DNA of 64,000 bases from Chrysomallon squamiferum. Lineage: Eukaryota; Animalia; Mollusca. Positions 24,001 to 38,171 of this stretch are shown piece by piece. The DNA lies in the NCBI GenBank assembly GCA_012295275.1, contig CM022670.1, forward strand, positions 32,302,001 to 32,366,000, in the 5' to 3' direction. The stretch's first letter is position 1. Each line of letters starts with the position of its first letter. The notes beneath the pieces were generated by a model. The model was not told where the DNA came from. It saw nothing but the letters and a program-made list of their open reading frames with translations, and searched no databases. The translations under genes were made by a program, and so were the position numbers.

Positions 24001-27000
24001 TTTATAATGTAAACTTTTTTCTGTGATATAAATTATCCTGTGCAACCAAATTGAAGGAAAAGGTAATTTAATAAAAAAAATATCTTATATTACTTCTTAC
24101 TAAAAACTTAATTTTGATATTTCAGTTTTGATGATGAAGGATATGGTGCAATCAACAGTGATATCAAACTTCTCTCAGCTGGTTTTAGTGTTGTATTTGT
24201 GTTTGTAATGATCTCCCTTGGGAAATTCAACTTGGTGCAACAGAGGGTTTGCATTTTTATTTTTTAAGTTTTTAAATAAAAAATTTCTTCGTAATTCTTT
24301 TTTCATCCACTTATATAGAAAGGCAGCTAGATAAATCTATTTTATTTTATTTCTTTTACATAATTTGTTTTCCATTAAGTGTTCTATTTCCATCTGAAAT
24401 TTTTTTTTTTTTTTCATCATTCTGTTATGTTATGTATATTTATTCAAAGGAATCTTCATTTTTTTCTTCTTGTATGAATCTTCATTTATTGTTAAAATAC
24501 AGTTCTTTAATTTACAAGGAATATGATAACTGAACACATTTTTTTCACCTTAAAACTCTTTAATTTGTTCATACAATCCCTGTTATTACTGAATATTAAA
24601 ATTTAGCTTTTGAATGATCACTATTACTATTAATAAACAGTGTTTACTGAGTAAGAAATAATGTTAGTTGGATTCAGTAAATCTGATTTTATAGTCACTT
24701 GATTGTTTTCAAAGATAAAATATTTATTATTTTTGGGTTTTTTTATTTTTTTATTTTTTTATTTTTCAGATCTATGTTTCTCTAGCAGGACTTTTAAGTG
24801 TTGGTCTTGCTATTCTTTTTGCTTATGGCATAGCAACTGTTTTTGATGTTATATATGGACCAATACAGTCCATTATGCCATTTCTTTTGCTGGGTAAGGT
24901 TATATATATTTAATAAATTAAAAAAAAGATTTAGTGCTGTTGTTTGTATACATGCATACTGTAATATATATTTGTATTTAATATATTAGATAACATGTTT
25001 ATGGCATATAACAGATTTGTTTTAATAATATAAAAAAACACACAATAATAATGGCACCCTTAATAAGATACCACAAATGAGTAGCATTAATTCATTTGAC
25101 GTTTGCATATTTGTAGCATCATGTTAAGAGCAGATGAATAATTTTTCTGAATATTAAATAAAATAACAAATATTAACAGAATTTGTTTAATGTTTCAAAA
25201 AAGAAAAACATTTATTTTAAAAGAAAATAACACTATGTATTTGTGTAAAATAAAATAAAATAAATAATAGAGAGAGTGATACTATTATTTTGCTTCATAA
25301 TGATCACTAGAACATTAAATATTAAATAATGTCACTAGAATTTAGCTAATTTGATTTTTCAAAAGTATTTTTATATTTTTAATCTTCTTACAGGTATTGG
25401 TGTTGATGATATGTTTGTTGTTGTTGAGGCATGGAAAAACCTGGATGCTGAAGAGATGAAAAGACCTTTGCCAGAGAAAGTTGGTTTGGCCATGAAGCAT
25501 GCTGGAGTGTCTGTCACTGTTACGTCCATTACTGACATTGTCGCTTTCGGCATTGGCGCATCCACTGTAAGTGTATTTCTGATTTTGATTATTGATGAAA
25601 AATTGATACCTTAAATATTACCTCATGTACTTTTTAATATTACATCCATCCATAACATCACTGCAGTTGTCAGTGATGCATCATCTGTGTGTGTAATTCA
25701 AACTTTTTCACTCTAGTGAAAATTTGATACCTTAAAGTCCTTATTATTACATCCATCCATGACATCACTGCTTTGGTTATTGATGCATCTACTTTAAGTG
25801 TAATTATGGATTTGAACTGGAATGAAAATTAATACCTTAAACGTTAGCTTAGATACTATAATGTTTGTCACTGACAACACTGCCTTTAGTATTGATCACT
25901 AATGTTACTGTTTTTCTGTAACTTTAATGAGACAAAAATCCTACAAATGCCATACTATCAGCTTCTATTTCGAGTTAGCAACCACAGATTTTATTTCATG
26001 CACTGCTCTGTAGAAACTGAACACATACTAAGGCAATGGATCCTTAATAAATTAGTTGTGGAACACTTCAATGGAACATTGAAAAGTCTGGATTTTTAAC
26101 ATCTTTTAAAAACTTTTCATATATATTTTTAAAATAAGAAACCATATTCTTAATATTATCTTTATTGTTATCATTAAATCCAGTTTAGTATTTTAAAATT
26201 TTATCCTTTACGTATTAGGTTATTCCTGCTCTTAGTGCTTTCTGCATCTACGCATCACTTGGAATACTTGCTCTCTATGTTCTTCAGTCAACATTTTTTG
26301 TTGCTTGTTTAACACTGGATGAGAAAAGAAGAGAAGCATCAATAGATGCCTGTATCTGCTGTTACAAACACAAGGACTATAAGCCTAACAAGTGCAGCAA
26401 CACAGCTTTTTTTCCTCTATTTATGGAGAAGTACTATGGACCTTTTCTTATGAAGCTTCCAGTTAAAGTAAATTGAACATTCAATACTCAGTGTTTAGTA
26501 TATATATATTTGGTGCAAACTTTGTTTTGATTGATATTATCTATTATAGGAAAATGAGATATAGTCATAACATACATTATACTTTAATGTAATTGTATTA
26601 TCAAATGGAGTTGATTCATTAATCATTGCTTGACTTGGTTCCATCTCTGAAAAATCCAGATGTGAAGGAGCTGTATTTTGTTTTATATAGCTTACTTACA
26701 GTTTACAAACAATCTGTTTCAAAGCACTTAAAGATGTTTTATACATGAAACTGAAACTTTAAGATGAGTTTACATGTGTGAAAATCAAGAAAACCTAATT
26801 TTCAAAATTTCAGCTTTCATACTTATTAATCTTTTTATTGAAAAATCTATTTGTACATTTTTTTATTCATTTTACTGTAGTAAATCAATTACATATTAAT
26901 ACTATATTATTTTCTTTCCATTCAGATTTTTGTTATGTTGGTTACCATGTCAGCTTTGAGTGTGTTTCTCTGGAGGTTTATTTTACTCAAACAAGACTTT

Positions 27001-30000
27001 GATCTGACAAACTATATACCTAGTGATTCATATGCTTATCACTTTGCCAAAGCTAAAGAGCATTATTTTCCAACAGAAGGAGATGAAGTCAGTATATACT
27101 GTGGTAAGTAATTATGTTTTTAATGATAAAAATATTAATCCTGTCCCATGCAATCAGCCAGTTTTTATCTACAGTACCATACAGATCACAATAGGAATTT
27201 AAAATAGTTTCATTTTATTTTTGCATATTTTTTATATAATTAAAAGTCAGAATGTTTTATTGGTATTATTTATTTTCATGAATGCAAGGATTATAATCTT
27301 AATTTGATGATTAATACCTGGAAGATTCTAAATTACTAAGAAGAATCTAAAATTAAAAGAACACTGTTAACTTATACCTGTTAATCTTGAAATGAAATAA
27401 TAAACAATGGTTTTATCCCTGAAATTTAAAATTAAATATATATATGATACTGATATTTATATCATTCTCTCAACTTTACAAGATAACCAATGTTAAAATA
27501 ACTGATAAAACTATATAACTGACATATCTAGCAATATCTATCTATGAATTAAATCTATGAATGGTAATAATTCTCTCCATCCTTTTTATTTGCAGGAAAT
27601 TTCAGTTATTTTCAGTATTCTCTGTCCATGGAGTATGTTTACAGACATGTAACAGAAAGTCCATACACCCAGAATGGATCAGTTATAAGTTGGTATAAAG
27701 CCTTTAAAGATTGGAGACATTCTCAAGGTAAAATATTTCAAATGTTATAACAAATCTTTAGTAGATTTAGTTATAGACTGTGTAGTTTTATGTGATTTTG
27801 AGATGGTTACATTAAGTACTCATAATAGTTATGTGATAATTTTACTGAACTTTTCCTAGTAAAAAACATACAGGCTTGTATAACGTTTAATAAAATAAAA
27901 TTTGGTCACTGATATACTCAGAGCAATTTATTTCTATTCTGTTTTATATTAAGAATTTGATTACAAAAAATTACTGTTAGGTGTTTAACTATTCAGATAT
28001 TACTTTTGGTTGGTTATTACTCATACCTTAGGTATTTCTTGAAAATTCAAAATTCAGTGGCCATTTCAAATTGTGCTAATGATGTTTATACAAGATAGCA
28101 TAATGTTAATGATAACAGTACTACACTACAATGGTTACTATGAAGTTTATATAAGATCAGAGAGTAATTATTAATTATCAATGACAATGATTTTTTCTCA
28201 TAAACTGCAGGATTACAGTACAGAGAAGAATGTATTACAGATTATAACAAAATTAAAATGCACATGAGTGAAACATTAATCATAAAGCTGTTGTAAGCTA
28301 AATCAGTAAATATTTAATGAACTGTTTTGTTATTTTCAGGAATATCAAATCCTACTTCTGAGTCTGACTTCTATGACAAACTGTACAGTTTTTTGACAAG
28401 TCAGTATGGTAGACATTATTCCCAGTATGTCAAACTAAACTCCACAACACCACCAGTGCGCATTGAGGCAAGTCATTGTAAAATGTATTGGTTATACATT
28501 TAATACAGTCTTTACTGTTTTCCAGTACATTCCAGCTGTAGACTGTTAACAGCTTGAGTGTCCAAACATTAATTAATTAACTAAGTGACAGTTTAGTAGA
28601 CTAAATGTTATTTTTTAAAAATATTGATTGTTAAATCTGACATACAGAGTTAGGCCAGTCTTATACCCAGCTAATACATAGTATATTTTTTTCTACAAAA
28701 TTAGATCTTGTATGGCTGTAAAAATGTTTTGAGTATGTACAGGTATAGTTAGATATAATCTGTGAGTAAATATATGTTTATGTGTAAATGTATGTATATA
28801 TATATATTAACTATATATTTATATATCTATTATGTATGTATGTGTGAGAGTGTGTTCATATATACATACAAACGTATGTGTGTGTATGTATATAGATAGA
28901 TCTATCTAAATCACAGACACACACACACAAACACTTTTTTTTTTCTTCTTTTTTCAGGCTTCCTACATCACATTAAGGCATTATCTGCAGCCAGATTCAG
29001 CTGGTGAAATAAAATCAATGGACAGTCTTCGAGGAATTGTCGACGATGCAGCATTCCCTGTTAACAAGCTCTCAGGCCTCCCAGTCACTGAATGTTTTGC
29101 CTACAGTAGAAACTATCTCACTTATGAGACAAATAAGGTAATGTTGTTATTTAGTTTTTAAAATATATAAACCAAAATACTTTCAGTTTTGAAAAAAGAA
29201 AAAGAAAAAAAAAAGAATTTTGAAATGCTTAGTAATTTATGGAAATTTTAAAAAATGTTGTAAACAAATTTGTAATTGAATTAATCATCATCATCAACTT
29301 TACTTCAAGAAGGTGAACTGCTCAGCACGTACAGAGACATGTTTAGGATTCATCAATCATTTGCTTCTTCAGTAACCATTTATACCAAATATGTAATTGT
29401 TACATTCACTGCCAACAAGCCACAACAAATCTGATACATCTTCTGTTTTATGACAAACAAATTTAAAGGAGTATTTTCATATAAATTAATGATATTAATG
29501 TGAAAAAGATTTTTATAATCATCATGTAATAGTTCACACAGAGAAGCTTATAAATTATACAATCTTTTACCTAGTAAGAGTTATCTTTCTTTTTTCTGTT
29601 TTTCTTTTTAATAGGTGTTGAAATTTGAGCTGTTCAGAAACCTGGCACTGGCTGGAACCTGTGTTTTACTTGTTACATTACTTCTGATTGCCAATCTTTG
29701 GACTTCACTTTTAGTCTTTTCGTGTGTCATATTTACACTGGTGAGTTGAAACAGTTATATTCTTTAAATAACCATAAAATTAGACAGCCACTACTTTATT
29801 TGTTAAAATTGGAAATCTATAAATTGAGAACAAAGGTGTAAGAAGTCATACATATTTCCATAGAACCAAATAATGTCATTTTATTTGTACTGTTACATTG
29901 ATGATATCAATACACATGAGGGTATTAACATCTACATTTGTGATAAATATGTAATGCAAAAGTTCTCACAATATTGAATTTTTATTTTGCAGTTATTATT

Positions 30001-32282
30001 ATTATTTTATCTAAGTTATTTATTTTGGGGTATTGCTTTAAGTATGTACGAATTTGGATAAATACAAAAATAAATTTGATTGAAATGTGTATAAATTGTA
30101 TGTTAAGGTGTTCAGTATATTTAAAATGGTTTCTTTTAAAACATTTAGGGTTTTTGTCTTTCATTCTAATTGGACCTGTTGAATTTTTAAATAAAGCAGT
30201 TTGTATTTCAAATCAGCTGTAAACATGTTTCTGTTTAAATTTCAGGTAGCTGTGGGTGGTGTTTTGGAACTGTGGGGTGTGACCATTGACACAGCAAGCA
30301 GCATTCTACTCATTCTGTCAGTCGGTCTTGCGGTTGATTACTCAGCCCATATAGGCCACACCTTCATGACTGTGCAGGGAACACGAGAAGGTTACCTTTT
30401 TTACTTTTACATAAACTGCCAATTTGTTAATTTATTTGGATTTGTCTACTGTTTTGAAAACACTTGTAATTTATTCGTTCTTTAAATATAAGCTGCACAT
30501 AAACACATCAATAATATAAATAAGTAAAATAAATATTTTGCACATACAATGGGGCAGTCATAAAATGTAATCAGAAAACTACATACTGAAACTTTAAGGT
30601 TGAATTTAAGAAGTCTGTTCTTCCATAACTGAAGTGTTTAAACATTGTAACTACCAAAAGAGGTTTTCATAAATTCAGCTCATACTTTTTAAAGAAAAAT
30701 AATTAAACTTTGATGCATTATTTGTTTCAGAGCGGGCTATACTAACACTGAAGATTATCGGCCCAGCAGTATTTAATGGAGGTTTCAGCACTTTTCTTGC
30801 CTTTGTTCTGTTAGCAAGCAGCAGTAGCTATGGGTTTACACTTTTCTTTAGGGTAAGTCTGTGTTTTAAATCAAATATAAAAAACATACATGCACAGACA
30901 CACATCATACATTTACACACACATACACATGTAACACACACACAAACACACATAAATCATTCATAAATACTTACGTATGTGTTTTTGCTGAACTGTGAAC
31001 AGTAGCTTAACAGACAAATGGTTTTTTTACTTGTAGTTTTACCTCATTTTATGTATTCTTAATTCTTTTATTTTATTTGTAAAATTATAACTACTTCTTA
31101 TTCAGTCTGGTTACTTTCTTAATATTTTTCTTTACTTCTGTTTTTTAAATTTATTTATTTTGTTAATTTTTAAATAATTCTTAATAAAACATTTTTATTC
31201 AGTTTGCACACCCTTATGTTTCAGGTTTTCTTTACTGTTGTATTGTTTGGATTGTTTCATGGTTTGGCATACTTGCCAGTCATTCTCAGCTGGATAGGAC
31301 CACAGCCTTATACTACAAAACCACAGAAATCAAACAGTCTAGAGCTACAACAAACAAGAAATGAAAGAGGAGAAGAAATGAACACACAAAATGGTTACAC
31401 ACAGGTAAATGTGTTTGATATTAGTGTTACTATTGATACTGCTACTTTAATAATAATTAGTACTATATTAATAATGATCAGTGTTAAATAAAATCATAAA
31501 ATACATCTAGAAATACAAATAATACAGGAAAATATGTATTTGCAATGTCATTTATAATGTATTAAATTGATTCTTTGTTGGAGAGTAATTTCTTTATTGG
31601 GTGTAAATGATAGAAAAATATTACTGCATCTCTAAATATTGATTATTGTTAAAAAAAAAGACAAATGTAATTGTAAAAAAAACAAGAAAATTATTAAAAA
31701 TAATAATTGCAATTTACAAGCATTATAAAATTTAATTATAAATGAAATAACTATGAATAAAATAGTGCTTCATGTTTTATTCAATATAAATGAAATTACA
31801 AAAGAAAATAATTGTTAATAAAAAATAGTAGTTGTCATTGTTATAAAATGTATTTGTAAAAGATAAAACCAGTTAATGAAAATTATTGATTTCACATAGA
31901 TGTGTAATGAAAAAAAGAAAATATAAAGGTATTTATTTAAATTTTTGTTTACTACATCTTAAAGCAGTGTGTAAAAACTTATTTATTTTAGCCTCTCTTT
32001 GAATGTTCATAGCAAGGTATTTTAATATTGTTTGTTGTCCATTCTTTAACCTTTTACATCATATTTCACTAAATCATTCTGTGTAGCTGGTTGTATGTCA
32101 TTTTATTTTATTCATATATCTGTATGGGGTTTTGTTATTTTTCGGTTTGTGTATAAATGAAATTATTTTTATTATTATTTTATAAATTTAAAGGTGATGG
32201 GGATTGGTTTTATTGTCATTCCTTTTATTTATTTAAATATTTACTCTGTTGTCATTTATCAATATTATAATTATTGTTATTG

Positions 32283-32354
<72 letters not shown>

Positions 32355-32635
32355 TATTTATTTATTAATTTATTGTTTATTATTATTTATTTATTATTCT
32401 GTTTATTTTTTATCTTTTTTAAAACATTTTTTTTTTACTTAATCTAATAGCTGAAAAGTTACTTAAAATTTGATATGGAAATTAACATAAGGGTCTGATC
32501 TTGTGTATAGTAATAAAGGGTATGCATGATAAAAATAAATGAATAAATTGTATACATGTGTATATCCAGTACAGTGTATTTTCAAGCATGCTGTAATTTT
32601 TTTAGGCAGCTGCATGTTGAAATAAATAAACTCTG

Positions 32636-32669
<34 letters not shown>

Positions 32670-34430
32670 TGTGTGTGATTTGGATGATATGTAATTCTGT
32701 TAAATTCTAAGTATATTTACTAAAAATAACTTTCCCTAGATTTTTTTTTTTTTAGTAAGTTTAATAATTGAAATCAAGATTAGATTTCAGTAGGTTATTT
32801 TTTTTTTTGAAAAATTTACATTTTCTGTAGTTTAGCAGTTTCTTCATTTTTATTTGATATATTTTAAAGACATTAATATAGTATTAATATTCTGTTTCCA
32901 AAGGATAAAATAAAAATAGACTACAGTTTTTCTTACTCGTCTTGATTACACTTTTCTGTACAACAAAATGTTTATGTCTTTGGTCAACACACACTGCCGC
33001 CACATTATTCTTTTCATGTGACATAATATGACATCATCTGTTATATAAACTCTGTGGAAGCTCATTAACCAAAGATGCTGCAGTCATAGTCATGAATATT
33101 GCCAACATAGTGATATTTGTCAATATCACAGAACCAACCCATGTCATTCACTGCCATTTTAGACTCTTTTGTCAGTATTTTTTCAGAACATTCAAACAAA
33201 TTCATTTTCATTATTAATGTTCTCGGCTGATAAAAATGGTATCACACTCGAATTAAAGTTTGTTTTAAATAAATATTATAAGTATGTAATAATTCAAATG
33301 GACTTTTTTAGTCTGTGTGTGTGTGTGTTTATGGATATTTATCATTTCTATTTTTCACATTATTTTGACCTTAAAACACAAGCTTCAAAAACCTTTCCAC
33401 ACAGCACAACATTTTTTGTTTTTTTAACTTTTTTGTTTTTTTTTCTTCAAATTCTTTCACAGTTTGCCTGACCAAAATTTTTGTGAGTGTTTTTATGTAA
33501 AAGTTAAAGTTAAGAGTTCATTATTTGACAAAGGAAAGTGCAATATATTTCTTGTATTTCATGTCAAGAAATAATAATAATAATGTTCAATTTTATTTGA
33601 AGAAAATGACAGCAATGGAGATATCCCAATTTCAGAAAACTTAATTTAAATAAATTATAGAAAAACACAGGCTTCTGGGTATGTTATTATTATTATTATT
33701 ATTATTTTACCAGTTTGCTCACATTTTGTTGATAAAATGTAAAATTTGATTTGTATTTTTTATGTAATGTTGAATGGTATAGTTTTTCATTTGTTTTTGG
33801 TTTGTTTATTTTGTTGTTGTTTTTTATTTTTATTTTTTTTCTACAGCTAATGTTTGTATGTATTCTTAAATATGTATTTTTTGGTTGGTTTGTTTTGTTT
33901 TTTATAAATTTGTATTTTATTTTTAATTAGTTAAATAACAATCTATATATTACATTTAAAATATTTTTCAGAACAAAATTTGTAACTATAAATTAATTTG
34001 AGAAAATACAAAAGTTGAAGTAAATATTTACAAAAGTAAAATTGCTATTATTTTAGTTTTTTAAATATTTTCTAAATCAAATGCAAGCAATTAATGATAG
34101 TAATGATTAATGTAATCTCAACACTACTACTGCTACTGTTATTTTTATTGATGTTAATTTTTACTACTTCTAGATGTTTATCATTTTACTAATATACTTT
34201 TTATGCAATTATAGTATTTCTCTTTCTCTCAATAATTATGTTTTATTATTAATACATATTTTTTTTATTTATTATTATTATTTTTATTTTAGAGGTCTGC
34301 TGAAACAAGCAATGTATGCCATGAAATAATGCCATCACATGAATATCAGATGATGAATTCAGTGTACATTCCACAACCTGATTATTCACCTCAAGTCAAT
34401 GAGAGACAATCATCAACACTTTATTATTAG
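21061..34430 (+). CDS. Patched-related / PTCHD3-like (NPC1/Patched RND family) sterol-sensing-domain membrane protein, 19 coding exons, ~920 aa
   Basis: Exons 21061-21164, 21514-21760, 22327-22397, 22688-22804, 22993-23122, 23667-23764, 24126-24246, 24770-24893, 25394-25566, 26219-26467, 26926-27103, 27596-27727, 28340-28467, 28958-29137, 29615-29740, 30246-30390, 30731-30852, 31225-31404 and 34293-34430 join in one frame (2763 nt). Motifs: LWVP..S, MPFLLLGIGVDDMFV, GVSVTVTSITD..AF, IPALSAFC, VGLAVDYSAHI, GPAVFNGGFSTFLA, FGLFHGL.YLPVILS.IGP. There is no NPC1 N-terminal domain, so it is PTCHD3/Ptr-like rather than NPC1. Confidence 0.92.
25519..25900 (+). repeat. Degenerate tandem duplication (~105-121 bp unit, ~3.5 copies) of an exon 3' end, donor and intron start
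   Basis: GATACCTTAAA-like anchors at ~25605, ~25726 and ~25831. Copies of TTAC(G/A)TCCAT...GACAT..CTGCTTT..(C/T)ATTG..GCATC are visible downstream of the real exon end. Confidence 0.75.
32285..32352. repeat. (TTA)n microsatellite
   Basis: Long uninterrupted TTA run. Similar (TTA)/(AAT) tracts at ~12790-12818, 13770-13810, 15064-15128, 43097-43150 and 46489-46533. Confidence 0.95.
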
Positions 34431-37400
34431 TGTTACCTCAAGTATAATCCACAGTATGTGTGTGTATTTTAAGATAAAATTTAAAAATGTATTAATTATC
34501 TGATTTAAATCAACTGACACATTTTATTTCTAGACTTGCATTAAATATGATCACAACATACATTTTTTTATTTTAATAAGATATAATTTAAAATTTAATT
34601 GTTTGGTTAAAATCATTGAGTGACCTTTAATTTTTTCAAAACAGGAATGTTTGAAATATAAATAAATGATAAAATATACTGAACTAGATTTTTTGAGGAT
34701 TATGGAATATTTGTCTATGTTGTTTTGTCAACCATAAAAACATAAAATTCGTTGTTTTAACATAAACATAACACATTTATTGCCGGCAATTTCTGTTATT
34801 CAGCAACAGCTGTTTGTCATAAAAAATTGTTTTTATTATTATTTATTTGTAGTTTGTTCAGTGAATATATCTCTTGATGTCACCATTTTATATTTTTTCA
34901 AACTTACATAATTAGTTGTTATTTCACAAAACAATCATTCCTACTAAATACTGGTAACGGCAGTCAGTCATGTGCTACCTCACAAAATAATAGGGCTAAC
35001 AATAAAAAAAATTACAAGCAGATCAAAATCAAATAATCTTTAATGAAATAATAAATTATTTTGCCATGATTTGACATATTAGCAGCATTAGACATTTTCT
35101 AACAATAAACAATAGTTTAATTTTGTGCATTTTCTAACAATGTTTATCATGATCTATATATTCCCAATCAAGTGTTCTTTAACATTAAAAACCTTTATAG
35201 AATCTTTATTTATGTGCAATTTTTTTTTTTTTTCACTTCTCTCACTTTAATTACTGTGACATATCTTGTAAAAATACACTTTATACTATGTTTCTGTAAT
35301 TATTTATTTAAACAGAATAATGTACCCTCGATAAAAAGAAAATGTTTAAAGTGTTTTTCTCAAAAAGCATTTCACAACAAAGCTTGTGATATTTCTATGG
35401 ACATGTTTGGCATGAAGCATTCTCCATGACTTATACATGCTAATGACAAAATCATAGTACACGCACAACAAATACATTTTTTTATGTAATTATAAAAGGT
35501 ATACATGTTTATTAATTCCTAGATAGTAAATTTTACAGTTTTGTAAGATAGGAGTTAAATTTTATATTTCTGATCTAAAGCACAACCAAAAATTAATTCT
35601 GTTTTCTATTTTTATTTTTTTGTTCCTCTTTATTCCCAGTATTGAAATATATTATTTTTAAAAACATTTTTGTTTATAATTGCTAATTTGTATTTATTTA
35701 TTTATTTATTATTTTGTTTTTGTTGTTTTTTCTTTTCATTAACTTTATAAATGAGTTCTATAATATGTAACAAATGATAGTAATAATAGTTGTTTTGTTT
35801 TGTAATTAAATTTATGTTGTTTGTTTTGGGCTTGGTTAATCCCAATGTGACAACACATTAAAAGTGCCAATAGTTTACTTGTGTGTTATTACATGTAATG
35901 AAATATTTATTATTGTTAATTTATTGTTTAAATTTCTAAACTTGTTATATTTGAATTTTACCTCAGTTTTTAATTCTTCCGTATAATATACTTGCCATAA
36001 GAAGCAAAACAAAAATAAAAATGTAATAGTTTTTATCTGTAATATTTCGTTTTCACTAAAATAAAAAATAACATGCAAAATTTGTTAAACAGATTGTCAT
36101 CTTTCATAAATAAAATAATGCCAGTACATAATAATAATTTTAGTGTATGGTAATATGTGTAATAAAATATTGATTTTTGAATTTATTAAATACTGGTAAA
36201 AATGTATTCTTTGTTACAGAGAGGCTTGAAGCATATTTATTATGTCCAAAACAAATAATAAATATATAAAATAATAATAGTAACAATAAATAAATAATGA
36301 AAATATTTGAAAGTAAACCATTTTAAACTTTTTTTTTTTTTTTGACTGGCGAGTTATTTTCCTTGTTACAAAAGATGCAAGGTAAATAAAGATAACTATT
36401 TCTAAAGAACTAATATGAAACTAAAACATTAAGAAAAAATGTTAAATCATAAATTAATGTTTATTTTTATTTATTTGTTTATTTATTATTATTTTTAATG
36501 GTCTAATGTTTACATATATTTAATCACATACCTGTATTATTTGTTGCATTTTCCTTCTTTTTATTACTGGAACTAATATAATTTCTTTAATGTTTAAATA
36601 TTTGTACTGATTGTTGGGTGTATCTGTATAAAAACATATCTGTATATGTGTACATGTATTTTATATATATAAAATCAGGCAAACTGTAGAACATCTGAAC
36701 ATATCTTCAGACTACCTAACTTTCCAAAACTGTCTTTTAATTTTTTTTTTTTAAATATTTTCTAAATTAGTTTAAGGGTGATTACTTTTCCAATTTTGGA
36801 GTTAAGTTTTATTATAAAAAGGTTTTATTTTAGAATGAAGTCATATGTAGTAGAGACATCAGAAGCAAAATATGAAATCATATCAAATCCAAGATAGATA
36901 ACTCAGGAACTTGCTTTTTTCATGAAAGGTAACAGTATTGTTAAATTATTTTTTTATATAATATTAAAGATAACACAACAATGCATTATCTACCTCTAGC
37001 CCATTCTTTTATTATTATTATGACATATAAACATCTTTTTAGATTAGTATTAGGTATGCATGGTTTAACTAAAGCCAGTAAAATGACAAATATTTTAAGT
37101 TTTCCCCACATTTATATATTTGCTTTCATTATTGTAAAGCAAACAATAGTTTAATAAAGAACATTATTTGTTTGTTTAACACAGCTGTACTTGCCATATC
37201 AATCTGAAACTGTATCATTTTAAAATAATGAATAATAACAATATTTGTTGCCATAAGGTTTACATGTGATTATAAACATTTTGCTACATTTTTAATTTAC
37301 ATTGATTTATATTGATTTATATTGTTTTGAATCAGGATATAATGTTATTGTTGTAGCTTTGTTCAAGTTTTTTGAAATTCATATTGTTTTTATTTCTGTT

Positions 37401-38134
37401 TAATATGGTTTAATATTAACTACAGACAACAATTCACACATAAGTTTTAACATGCAGTGCCATTATGCTAAAGTGTATTTTCAGGGACAAACATCTTTTT
37501 ACGAACAATATTTAAATTGTGTGTGTGTGTGTGTGTGTGTGAAATAAGGATATGTATCATTTCAAATTAAAAGTTTTATACTTTGTTATAAAAGTAACTA
37601 TAATATTTTCTTATGAAAAGAATGGAACTTAATTATTAAAGAATTATTTATCAATGTTTTATGTTAATCGTGATTTAACACAATTTTATGAGTATTAATA
37701 ATAATTACTAATGAATGAATGGAAAATAATGCAAATGATTTTAATGACTGCACATCTAATGCAAATTACCTTAATTATATAAACAGTTATCAAAAATTAT
37801 TTATTGTTGGATCATTATGATTTATTCAATTATTAATTTTCATGGAACTTTTTTTTTTTTAAATGTTTTTGTATGATGGTTTATGGTGGGTATTAATAAT
37901 ATTTATATTGCACAGAAATTAAATTTTACTGGATATATTACATAAATATAACTTTGTTTATTCACCACATCTGTGATACAACTTGAATTATGCTGCATTT
38001 GAATTTATCAAACTACACTGTATGCTTGTTTTGTTTCCATTTATTGAAATTAAATGTATGATTGTTTTGTTTTATCATTTTAAAAATATGATTCATTCTA
38101 CATGTAGTAATAATAAAAAAAATAGACTAAATGC

Positions 38135-38171
<37 letters not shown>

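Noticed and set aside
21061-34430. Calling the SSD gene NPC1 or PTCH1
   Set aside because: It has no signal peptide or Cys-rich NPC1 N-terminal domain, is only ~920 aa, and its second RND motif is GLAVDY, which fits Patched-related/PTCHD3-like proteins. Exact orthology cannot be assigned by eye.
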